The notes below the pieces were generated by a model that worked only from the letters and a program-made list of their open reading frames with translations, was not told the DNA's origin and did not search any database. Position numbers and translations under genes: made by a program. From Octopus bimaculoides (lineage: Eukaryota): a stretch of 64,000 nucleotides of DNA. The stretch spans positions 101,763,449 through 101,827,448 of the forward strand of contig NC_068981.1 of the NCBI RefSeq assembly GCF_001194135.2. The letters run 5' to 3'. The stretch's first letter is position 1. Each line of letters opens with the position of its first letter. Below, in pieces: positions 12,021 to 23,480 of the stretch.

Positions 12021-12393
12021 GTATATGTAGATAGTTATATATATTGTCTGTTGAGATATTTCTATACTTCAGCAAATGTAGAAGGCTTAAAATCGTTGGC
12101 CTTATTTTAGAAACTTTATTTTGTATGAAAGAAAAAGTTTTTGTCAAAAATCAATACTAAATGAATTAAATGGACATATGGTTATCTCGTTTACTCCATA
12201 TTGTATAAGTAAGTATGAGGAGGGCAGATGTGTCGAATCAACACAATGCCAAATGAAATGCCATTTGGTATCTAGTTACGTGGCTTTGTCTACTCAAATT
12301 CCACCTGTGTAATCAATTGTACACAAAATTTGAGAATCTGAGGTCTTGCATCTCAGAAATAAAAAGTGTGTGCTTGTATATGTGTGCATGTGT

Positions 12394-12433
<40 letters not shown>

Positions 12434-12477
12434 AATTTAGTAAATGGAGTAATACGCATATGTTAAATGAATTCTTT

Positions 12478-12569
12478 TATTTCCAACATATGTTTCGAAG
12501 ATTACAAGTTGTACCTTCCAAAGGAATAGGTGATGTTGATAAGGATGTAATCTTCTCTTCAGGGAAATA
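12478..12569 (-). ncRNA. Type I hammerhead ribozyme with complete catalytic core
   Basis: Minus: UAUUUCC CUGAAGA GAAGAUUACA (39-nt loop) UGUAAUCUUC GAA ACAUAUGU U GGAAAUA; 7-bp stem I, 10-bp stem II, palindromic stem III, GUU cleavage triplet. Confidence 0.85.
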
Positions 12570-12730
12570 CATAGGAACCAACTTAACCGTAAGACATTTT
12601 AACTGAATGTGATAACTGTATGTAGAGAAGATTGCTATGTAACTTATTTGAAAAAACCGTTGGAGGTTGCAACGCTACGAGACAGTACGTTGGGCAAGAA
12701 GGGAAGAAAAGAAGGAATTTAGAATTGAGA

Positions 12731-12740
12731 NNNNNNNNNN
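12731..12740. other. 10-N gap with an identical 35-bp sequence on both sides (probable contig-overlap artefact)
   Basis: aagaagggaagaaaagaaggaatttagaattgaga at 12696-12730 and 12741-12775. Confidence 0.85.
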
Positions 12741-12862
12741 AAGAAGGGAAGAAAAGAAGGAATTTAGAATTGAGAGTTAACAAGATGACTTAAACCCGAT
12801 AAAAATAGGAGAAGAATGTTTTATGTATAATGCGGTGTTGACATAAATGCCTATAAGTATAT

Positions 12863-13152
12863 GAATGAGAGACCAACAAAACTCCTTGTGGCACCAAAGA
12901 TGAACTAAAGGTAAGGATTATGGCAGCATTCACCAACTTAAACCAGGAGACTATCCAGAAGAGTTGCAGGAGATTCTGAAGTCACCTGGCGGCCATGGTT
13001 GAAGCCAATGGAGATTTTATTGAATAAATTTACTCTTTAGTATATCAAGATATTTTTATGTAATTTTGGTAAATACATCTGTTAAAATGAGATGTCAGTA
13101 TTATTTTCATTTTTGTGTATTTTAGGTAAAAATTTATTCACTGCACCCTGTA
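12863..13152 (+). mobile_element. Tc1/mariner-superfamily transposase C-terminal pseudogene with right TIR
   Basis: E*ETNKTPCGTKDELKVRIMAAFTNLNQETIQKSCRRF*SHLAAMVEANGDFIE* (12863-13027), then ttcactgcaccctg followed by TA. Confidence 0.8.
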
Positions 13153-15483
13153 TGTGTGTATCTGTCTGTTTGTGTCTGTTCCCCACCATTGCTTGACAAA
13201 TGGTGTTGGTGTGTTTACATTCCTGTAATTTAGTGGTTCTGCAAAAGAGATTGATAGAATAAGTACCAGGCTTAAAAGAAAGCCTTGGGGTTGATTTGTT
13301 TGACTAAAATCCTTCAAGGTGGTGTCCCAGCATGGGCACAGTCAAATGACTACTAAAACAAGTAAAAGAATACAAGAATATATATACACGTATACACACA
13401 CACACACACACACACAAACACCACATTTACACATGGCCACTGAGGTGCTTGTATGGCTGTTAAGATGTTCACTTCCAAAACGTGCAGTTTCAAGTTCAGT
13501 CGCACAGTACAATGCCCTGGGTGAAAGTCCTCAACTCTAGCCACCAAACCCTAAGTTTTTGACAGGCACTGACTTGCAGAAATTCAAGCCGAGCATCCAT
13601 CATATCAATCTCACCAATCTACATAAAATGCCCTGTAAAGTTATAGTTACTGCCCCTCCTCATTTGACCAGCCCTTGAAAATTAACCAACAGAAGATGGA
13701 ATTGAACAGACTGCAAATATAAATTTTCATCATTAGCACAAAGCTATAAATGTATGGATAATTAAAGTTATAGCACATTGATTCTTAATTGATTGAAATT
13801 TTCTTCTTAGAGAAAACAAACAAAAGCCTAATGGTAATTATTAATCTCTGTTAAAGAGAAGCAGGGATAATTTCAAGAAGTTAGAAATTATTTCCTCAGA
13901 TTCAATTCACATGTTTAAGGGAAGAAAATTCTGATTTTAGTAGGTAAATATGGACATCAGCATAGCACAGTATACTCATGCATGATTGATTAGATGATAA
14001 AGACTTTTTACTAATAGATATGTTCTGAATAATTTGTGGCCTGTATAATTTGAATAAATGTTTAAGGAATGAAGAAGTAGATTATGTAACGTTTTACATT
14101 CAATCTTTTTCTCAAACCCATTAACTAGCTTCCGCTGGGAATTGAAACAGTCATAAAGTCTCATCTTGCGATGTAGATGCATAGAAGTATATCTAATTTT
14201 GGTTTATATTTGAATAATGTTTTTTTTCTTTCCATCTATTATTATTATCTACTGTGACTTTCTCAAATAACTCACACTAAACATTTTGATTGATCTTTCT
14301 GCCTTAGAATTGAATTCCCACCTCTGTCTGGCTGTTTCTCTTTCTTCTTGTTCCTCTCTCTCTCTCACACAACATGTATACACACAATACATACAGACAT
14401 ACACAATACACACACACACACAATACACGTGCAAACTCTCTGTTTCATGTTCTCCTTTCTCCAACCACCATCACCACACCAAAGCTGCAACAATTCAAAT
14501 TGAACATTAGCAGTTTGTTAACCTCAAGCAAAGTTGTACTTCGAAGACAGCAAAAATGGCTGTTCGTGTTGTCTTTCTCCTTCAGATCAGACTAACAAAT
14601 TTAGCAGAAGCAAAATAACACAGGTTATGTTAAAACAAACATAAAACTTGTATTTGGGAAGAGCCATTTTTGTCAATAATTAAACATATGAATTGATTCT
14701 TCTTATTTTACTTCTTTTTCTCATGATGATTAATTACTTCTTCATTCTTTCATCATTTGGTTATGAGTATCAAAGTCTTTTCTCACACAACGTGACCTGT
14801 TCATTGCTCTTGTGGGGTAAAGATCAGTGAATGGGTTACATGACTTTAATAGAAAGACTTTTATTTTTATACTCATGACAAAATAGTGATTTCTAACACA
14901 GGAGTGAGGTTTTCTCTTTTTTTTTTTTTTTTTGAGGGTGACGGAGTATAATAAATAAATTAAATCAGCTCCAGTACTTAACCAGGCAGCAAATTAACAG
15001 AATCATTAGAGTATTGAATAGAATGTTTTTGCAATATTTAGCCTAAATCTCTGTGCTCTGAGTTCAAATCCCACTGAAGTCAACTTTACTTTCTATCCTT
15101 CTGGGGTTATAAATAAAATAACAGTTAAGTTCAGAGGTTGCAGGCTGCACTGTAAGGTTTGTTGGGGACAACTCATAGCCATTTCTTTCTCCAGAGATGA
15201 AGAAAAGTTGAGCAAGGGGCCAGAAATCTCTCCTCATAGAAAATCTGATATGTTAGTGGAACTGTCTAAAAACAGACAAATGTAGAATGGAAATATAGAA
15301 AAGTTCTTAACAAGTACTTATATCATTGACCTTATGCTACTCTTTAGGAATGAAAATTAAAGTCACTACTCTATGGGATTTGTATCTTGCAGTTTACCAA
15401 TTCTGCCAACCAACCACTCACTTCTTGTGAAGAAATAATAAAAGAAAAATAATTATAACAAAAACAGCAACAATAATAATAAT

Positions 15484-15702
15484 TGTTTCTAACAGAGGAA
15501 CAAAGCTTGAAATTTTGAGTAAGGGATTAGTCTATTTGATTGATTGACCCCAGTATTTGACTAATACTTTACTTTATTGGCCCTGAAAGGGAGAAAGGCA
15601 GAGCTTGATCTCAACAGGATTTCAATTCAGAATATAAAGACCACAAAGAAATACCCTAAGGCATATTTCTTATGCTCTGATGATTCTGCCAGCTTGTCAC
15701 CC

Positions 15703-15760
<58 letters not shown>

Positions 15761-17690
15761 CCTTTCTACTATAGGTACAAGCCCTGAAATTTGGGGGAAA
15801 GGGATAGTCGATTACATCAACCCCAGTACTCAATTGGTACTTATTTTATTTACCCTGAAAGGACAAAAGACAAAACTGCCTTTGGCAGTATTTGAACTTA
15901 GAACATAAAGACAGATAAAATGCCGTGAAGCATTTTGCCCAGAATGCTAATGATTCTGCCAGCTCACCTTTCTACTAAAGGCACAAGGCCTGAAATTCGT
16001 GGGGAGGGGACTAGTCGATTACATTGACCCCAGTGCTTCATTGGTACTTAATTTATTGACCCTGAAAGGATGACAGGCAAAGTCAACCTCAGTGGAATTT
16101 GAACTCAGAGCGTAGTGGCAGACGAAATACTGCTAAGCATTTTGGCTAGCATGCTAACAGTTCTGCCAAGGCCAGCAATCTGGGGAGTGGGCAAGTCGAA
16201 TACATCAACCCCAATAATCAACTGGTACAGATTTTATTAACCCCGAAAGGATGAAAGGCAAAGTCAGCGTCAGCAGAATTTGAACTTAGAATGTGCCGAT
16301 GGACGAAATGTCGCTAAGCATTTTGCATGGCATGACAGCGATTCTTCCAGCTTACCACCTTAATAATAATAATAATATTAGACTAGTAATTTTGGAGAGA
16401 AGGGGCTAGTTGACGTGACTACTTGACTGGTACTTATTTTACTGATTCTGAAAAGACGAAAGGCAAAGATGGACTTGGTGTGATTTGAGTTCAGAACATA
16501 ATATTGCAAAGCATTTTTCTAACATTCTAACAAGTCTGCCAGCTTGCTGCCCTTGATTTCTGATTTCAGCACAAAATCAGCAATTTTGAAGGGGAGGGGA
16601 TTAGTCAATACTGTTGATTCTAGTATGTGGCTGGTGATTTTATTTAATCAGCCCTGGAGGGATAAAAAGCAAAGTTGATCTTGGCAGGATTTGAACTTGG
16701 AATATAAAGTACTAGAACAAGATACTGCAAAGCATTTGTTTCATGTTCTTGTGATTCTGCAAGCTTGCCATCTTCAATAATTTCTGATTAAGCTTGAGTC
16801 TAACAATTTTAAGAAGGGGACAGTTAGTCAATTAAATTAACCCAAGATCTCAACTGGTACTTTATTCTATTAACCCTGAAAGGAAGTAAACGCAAAGTTG
16901 ACCATGATGGGATCTGAACTTAGAATGTAAAGATCTGGAATAAATACGGCAAAGTATTTTTCTGTTGATCCAACAATTTGACCAATCTACCACAATATTA
17001 ACAACAACAACAACAATAAAAATAATAATTTTCCTTCTACTATATGTACAAGGCCTGAAATTTTGGGGAGGTGGGGTTAGTCAATCACACATTGACCCTA
17101 GTACTTAACACCTACTTTATTAAAATTGATAATATAAAAGACAATGTTGACCTTGATGGCTTTCAACACAGAATGTAAAAATCTGAAAGAAATACTGCAA
17201 GGCATTTTTTTCTGATTCTCCAATGATTCTGCAAATTACAAAAATATTATTATTATTATTATTAAGGCAGTGAGCAAGCAGAATTGTTAGCATGCCAGAC
17301 AAAATGCTTAGCTCCATTTCATCCGTTTTTATGTTCTGAGTTCAAATTCTGCTGAGATTGACTTTGTTTTTCATCCTGGGTTGATAAATTAAGTACCAGT
17401 GAAACACTGGGGTTGATGTAATTTACTTGTCTTCTCCCCACAAAATTTCAGGCCTTGTGCCTATAGTAGAAAGGATTATTATTATTATTATTATTATTAA
17501 GGTGGTGAGCAAGTAGAGCTGTTAGCATGCCAGACAAAATGCTTAGCTGCATTTCATCCGTTTTTATGTTCTGTATTCAAATTCTGCTGAGGCTAACTTT
17601 GCCTTTCATCATTCTGAGGTCGATAAAAATAAGTACCTCCCCTCACAAACCACTGGCCCTGTGCCAAAATTTGAAACTATTAATAATAAT
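15484..17690. mobile_element. Cluster of about 10 family D SINEs: 8 minus-strand tandem copies then 2 plus-strand copies, separated by (AAT)n tails
   Basis: Repeated gaccccagt..ctggtactt..ccctgaaagg..gcaaagt..atttgaact..gattctgcca units starting near 15484, 15760, 15968, 16168, 16381, 16556, 16780, 17030; reverse units at 17263 and 17499. Confidence 0.85.
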
Positions 17691-18352
17691 AACGATAAAT
17701 GCATTGGTAAAGACTCTAACTCACCCTTATTTGCTTCAATAGATAATTTCAAATCAAAAATAGAATAAAACATTAAGGTTATTTATTTATTACCTTCAAA
17801 TATTTACACTTGTTTTGAGAATAAAAAGTTACTGAATGAAAATATTTCTATATTATATCTGTTTGTTTAATCTTCATTATAATTATGCACAGACACACAC
17901 ACACAGATGCACAGACACACACACACACGGATGCTCAGACACACACACACGGATGCACAGACACACATGCACATTACACACGGTTACAAACACATATATA
18001 CAAGAGGTATGCATATATATTCACTGAGAACTTTTGCACATGTCATTCAGTACATCACTGCCTTACTGAATTATGTGAAGTCATGAGCTTACTAGAATTA
18101 TTTCTTATAACTCATAATAATGTTTATATAGGAGACAGTATGACAAACACAAGATGCTGTTTATATCATTCATTCCCTATGCATGTTTTTTCCATAGTGG
18201 CTATTTTCATTCTCTGCAGTGGATGTACCAGCTGCAATTGGAGGCAGATCCACCACTGTTGTATGAGGGGAACACTTCATTACATTATGCTGAAGTGCAG
18301 GTATGGCTGTGAAGTTCAGTTGTTTACTTCCAAACCATGTGGTCTAGTGTTC

Positions 18353-18590
18353 ATTTCTTATTTCTTTATTGCCCACAAGGGGCTAAACATAGAGAGGACA
18401 AACAAGGACAGAAAAAGGAATTAAGTTGATTACATCGACCCCAGTGCGTAACTGGTACTTAATTTATCGATCCCAAAAGGATGAAAGACAAAGTCAACCT
18501 CGGCGGAATTTGAACTCAGAACGTAACAGCAGACGAAATACTGCTAAGCATTTTGTCCAGTGTGCTAACGTTTCTGCCAGCTCACCGCCT
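18353..18590 (-). mobile_element. SINE family D, alternative-tail subfamily, young, inserted in a family B head
   Basis: 8-bp TSD tagtgttc at 18345-18352 and 18591-18598; near-identical to 26391-26626. Confidence 0.9.
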
Positions 18591-18726
18591 TAGTGTTCGC
18601 CTAGTGTCCATTTATACAGCATGACCCCTTAGGAAAGTATCTCAGACTCTAGCCTTGAGCTGACCAATGAACTTTGAAGGAAATTAGTGGATGGAACATT
18701 ACAAGTGAGCCCTAATTATATATAAG

Positions 18727-19147
18727 TGCAGATATGGCTGTGATTTTAAAAAGTTCACTTCTCAATCACATGGTTTCAGGTTCAGTCCTACTGTGTGGCA
18801 CTTTGGGAAAGTATCATGTACTATAAACCCCTGAAACAGCCAAAGCCTTGAGTTGATTTGGTAGATTGAAACTGAAAGAAGCTCAGAATATATGTGTATA
18901 TATATATATGTGTATTTGTGTATCCTTGTTTTGACATTGAGTGATAGTTGTGAGTGTCACTGTTATACAAGTGGTGTTATTTGTTCTTCCATGAAAAAAT
19001 GTCCAGCCAAAGGGAAATATTAGTTTACATGAAAACAGGTGAAGGTTGGTTACAGGAAAAGCATCCAGGTGTATTGAATCTCACTCAACAATTTTCCTCA
19101 GACACGTGCAAGTAAAGGAAATGCAGGCGTTGAAGAGTGATGATGCA
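18727..19147 (+). mobile_element. Chimeric SINE family E (family B head with different body and RTE-like (GAT)n tail)
   Basis: B-type head to gaaactgaaagaagc, then gatagttgtgagtgtcactg...ggaaatatt...ggaaaagcatccag...tgatgatg; same layout at 44760-45090, 47250-47685, 52090-52397. Confidence 0.65.
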
Positions 19148-19178
<31 letters not shown>

Positions 19179-19436
19179 TTCTGTTTTCATGTTGTATGCT
19201 TTTCATTGTTGTCTGTATTTATGTCCGATAATTCAGCAGTGTGATAATTGTAAATTGCTGAAATAAGTACCTGGCTTTAAAAAAAGAATAAATATCTGTG
19301 GTGAATTTGAATGATTGAGACCATGCAAAGTGGTGCCCCTGCATGGCAGCAGTCTAATGACTGATAAAAGTAAAAGAGTATAAATGTACATCTTTCATTC
19401 TCTCTTTCTCTCTCTATCTAACTTATCTATCTAACC

Positions 19437-19460
19437 TATGTATGTATGTATGTATGTATG

Positions 19461-19517
<57 letters not shown>

Positions 19518-19518
19518 G

Positions 19519-19590
<72 letters not shown>

Positions 19591-19610
19591 ACCTATCTAT
19601 CTGTCTGTTT
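19437..19610. repeat. Compound tetranucleotide microsatellite (TATG)n(TCTG)n(TATC)n
   Basis: Directly visible. Confidence 0.95.
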
Positions 19611-21142
19611 GTTAATGTATACACACATGTACACACATACATATATAAAATTCTTTTCCTTTATGATTAGTTTTTATTTTCACTTTATTCTGAAAATTCT
19701 CTTTTATTGTCTTATTTCTTGATATTGTTTTATATGTATGTAACATTTTTATTCTATATTTCATCAATATGTATTTGTACATGTAACTGCCTATAATTGC
19801 ATTATTAAGCATCTCTGCATGTCTGAATTTTTATGTCTTTGTTTGTGTGAATTTCTCTGCATGTGAGAGTCTTTTCATATCTGCATGTGCGTGTGTGTAT
19901 GTATCCAAATGATTGTTTCCGTGTATAAGCTTTGAAGCTTCTGTTTGTATCTTCATGCACATAACATATCTGCATATGCATGCATGTGTGTGTGTGTGTG
20001 TGTGTGTTTGTGTATGAGATTGCGTCCGAATGAATAAGCCTATTGTGTTTGTATGTATGTGTGTGAATATGAATGATATAAGATCCTGTAAGAATGCAAG
20101 TGTGAAGATATCTGTATTTGCAAATCTGTGTTTGTATGTATGTGTGTGTATGCATGAAATACTAATGATATTAGTCTATATGAATATATATATATAAGCA
20201 TACGTTTGTGTGTGTGTGAGCATGAGAAACTGCTCCTATTCTGTACTATATGCATATGCAAATGCATTTTTGTGTAGGAGTGCAAGGGACTGAATGTGTG
20301 TAGGTGTGGCTGTGTGGTAAGAAGCTTGTTTCCCAACCACATAGTTCCAGGTTCAGTCTTATAGTATGGCTCCTTGGGCAAGTGTCTTCTACTATAGCCT
20401 TGGGGCCAACCAAAGCCTTTGTGAGTGGATGTGGTAGACAGAAACTGAAAGAAGCCCGACACACACACACACACACACATATTGTCTTTGGTTAGTAAGT
20501 GTTATTTTCAATTTCCCTCTCTCAATAAATCAAAGGAAATGCCTGCTATTCCCTTCAATCTTTGCTTTTGTGACCTGGACATCAATAGTTTGAAACTGAC
20601 CTGTTTTCCATTACATTTCATAGAAATTCACTGCTGAGTTGCTGAAGCAGAAATATCATTATAGCAAATATTCTGCTCAATACCATAGATTTGTTTGTCA
20701 ATTGCTTGACCTTAACCACTTCAGCATGTCTCTTAGTGGCTGACAATATGTACATCTCTGATGATAGGCAGAAGAAGTTGGGGAGCATCATAACCATGTG
20801 TTGAGAAGGGTTCTTTGGGGGTTCAAATAAATGAAACAAAAATTTGAAGGAAATATTAGTAATTTTTCATATTCTCTAGGGGTAAGCAAAAAGGAAATAA
20901 CAGTTGCTACCCGGGGACAAAAATCCTGTTGCACAGTGTAATTTTATGAACAGACAAAACTGGAGTAAACAACTGAATGCTCATCATTGAAACAGATGGA
21001 GAACCATTTCTGTTTTGTTTATTGCATTTTTTGTATCTTGCATATACACATGAGAATTTTTAGATGACTGTACACGTAGATATATGTTTGCAGGAGAGAG
21101 AGTGTGTGTGTCTGCACATGCATGTTTGTGTATTCACACGAG

Positions 21143-21184
<42 letters not shown>

Positions 21185-21279
21185 TGTGTGTGTGTGTGTG
21201 TATGATGGTGAGCAAGCTATTAGCTGTGAGTACAGGAGATAATATGTCTTTAATATGTTAAATATTGATTAAGTCTTAC

Positions 21280-21326
21280 TGTATTGCTTGCTGCCATGAG
21301 CAAAGAAAGAAAAACAACCCACAGAC

Positions 21327-21328
<2 letters not shown>
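21280..21328 (-). CDS. Candidate first coding segment MSVGCFSFFAHGSKQY ending in phase 1
   Basis: ATG at 21328, donor TACA/GTAAGA at 21279; phase compatible with exon 3878-3928; upstream 21330-22300 looks like a simple-repeat-rich 5' UTR. Confidence 0.3.
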
Positions 21329-21330
<2 letters not shown>

Positions 21331-21363
<33 letters not shown>

Positions 21364-22290
21364 GGAGAAGCAGGAACTGTAGAAATGGTGATCAGGTTTA
21401 GGGGCAGCGGGTTTAGTGTAGAGTAGAAGGGTGAGTAGCTTGAAGAGGTAGTCTATAAAAGGTGGCGATGATAATGGCAGAGTGTAATAATGCAGTTTAC
21501 ACGATGATGATAGTGAAAATGATGAATGATGAAGAGTAATAGGGCTGTTCACTAGAAGATGATGATGATGATGATGTAGATGTAGATGGTGGTGATAGAG
21601 AAAGGAGAAATAGAGAAGAATGACGATGGAGATGGTGTAAGCAACAAAAACAATGGTGGTAAGAGTAATAGCTTGGTTCAAATAATAATAATGATGATGA
21701 TGATGATGATGATGATAGAGGTGATGATAGTACTGGTGGTGAATGATGATGATGATGATGATAATGGCAATGATGAAGGCAGTAATTAAGTTAATATTGC
21801 TGTTGCTACTGCTGCTGCTGCTGATGGTGATAACTGTGGTAGAGGTGGGGGGGGGGTGTTTGTGGTTAACAGCAAAGGTGTTTGGTGTTGTTGTTGTAAT
21901 TACTGTAGTTGAGGATGAGGTGGTTGTTGATGTCGGTGGTGGTGGCGGCGGCAGCGGCGGCATTGGTTTTTGATTTCTTTGATACCACAAGGAAATTCTT
22001 TGAAAGACACTAGGAAGAAAATGTTGATTGCAAGACAAGACTAAAGAAATGAATTGCATTGGTAATGGCAGTGGAATGCCGGTAGCTTGCTACACAGAAA
22101 GAACATCCTCATCCGATTGACAAGGAAAGAGGAAGAGTTGGGGAGAAGAGTAAGAAAATATATGAAAACAAACAAAATAAATGAAATAAACGAATAAACC
22201 ATATTAACAATAACATCAATAATAATAACAATACTAACGGTGGTGATGACGATGATGGCGACGACCAGGGCAACAACCATGTCATTGCAA
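21331..22290. repeat. Low-complexity trinucleotide-rich region (GA, GAT, GGT, GCT, AAT)
   Basis: Directly visible; explains the 269-aa His/Thr/Ile-rich ORF. Confidence 0.85.
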
Positions 22291-23102
22291 GATGAATACT
22301 TTCCCAAGAATCTGGTTTAATGAACTTGCTATATTTCTGATCTTTTATTGGTCTTTTAGTTTTGCTGTTTCCACTTGCTACCCTTTTCTTCATCAAACAA
22401 CCACCCAACTATTTCTCTGCCTGACTCTCTCTCTCTCTTTATATATATATATATATATATGCATATGTACACACACACATATGCCTGTATGTATATACAT
22501 ATATAACCTATTTTTTTTTTTGTTTCTAACTGCCATGCTGGCATATTTAATTCTCAAATAACTTTCTTCACATACACACCATTTCCTCTCTGTTGAACAT
22601 ACCTGCACACTCATGCATTCACACACTCACACATTCATTACTGCTTTTCTGTCAAACATCCATTTCCTAACCAATTCTCTCGCATCGCCTATCACTGTCA
22701 CCTCTTTGCTGAATGCATGTTCAGATTTTGAGACGAGAAGGCACCAGAAATGTTGCACATTTAGCATGCACAGACTACCCACTAACCATTCATTCCTCCG
22801 TGCGGCAAATACTGAAATTAGATTAAGCCAATGAGGAAACCTCAGTGTCATCACCTGACCTGCTAAAAATTGCAGTCATATTTTCTTTAAATATCCCATC
22901 TCCACCAACTCAGGAATGGCCACATTGGATAATGCAGAACTGGGCTACACATAGGAAAAATTTGGGATGATCAGAACTGGAATGTATTTGATGATCATAG
23001 GACTGCTAAGTCAATAACCCAAGGTCAAAGAACAACAATAAAATTAAAATTTTATTGATCCTCTGCTCTCTTTTCTACTGAAGTCAGTGTGCATGTCTCT
23101 TT

Positions 23103-23480
23103 TACTCTTTTACTTGTTTCAGTCATTTGACTGTGGCCATGCTGGAGCACCGCCTTTAGTCGAGAAAAACGACCTCAGGACTTATTCTTTGTAAGCCTAG
23201 TACTTATTCTATCGGTCTCTTTTACCAAACCGCTAAGTTACGGGGACGTAAACACACCAGCACCGGTTGTCAAGCGATGTTGGGGAGACAAACACAGACA
23301 CACAAACATACACACACACACATATATATATATACATATATAGGATGGGCTTTTTCAGTTTCCGTCTACCAAATCCACTCACAAGGCTTTGGTCGGCCCG
23401 AGGCTATATTAGAAGACACTTGCCCAAGGTGCCACACAGTGGGACTGAACCTGGAACCATGTGGTTGGTAAGCAAACACT
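23103..23480 (-). mobile_element. SINE family B, young full-length copy
   Basis: CpG-rich full-length copy, inverted relative to 24528-24918. Confidence 0.9.

Larger units (their letters stand above)
12431..12862 (-). mobile_element. Probable Penelope-like element terminal (pLTR) fragment inserted at a (TA)n tract
   Basis: Carries a type I hammerhead with palindromic helix III followed by AATAAA and ends against (TA)n; no RT or GIY-YIG coding visible, so the assignment is inferred. Confidence 0.55.

Noticed and set aside
12696-12775. 35-bp direct repeat
   Set aside because: Flanks a 10-N gap exactly; most likely an assembly overlap
14586-14623. Possible 38-nt plus-strand exon (ctccttcAG ... 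CAG/GTTATG)
   Set aside because: Weak donor, not 3n, no supporting neighbours, and it conflicts with the better minus-strand candidates
15484-17690. CRISPR-like or satellite interpretation of the repeat cluster
   Set aside because: Units are about 200-bp diverged SINEs without unique spacers; eukaryotic context, no cas genes
17885-18424. 179-aa ORF
   Set aside because: Starts in a CA-type repeat and ends in a SINE; no coding signature
21250-22059. 269-aa minus-strand ORF rich in His/Thr/Ile/Pro
   Set aside because: Built from CAT/CAC/ACC/TC repeats that lack stops in this frame; no domain; its phase at the 21279 donor leads to a stop in exon 3878-3928
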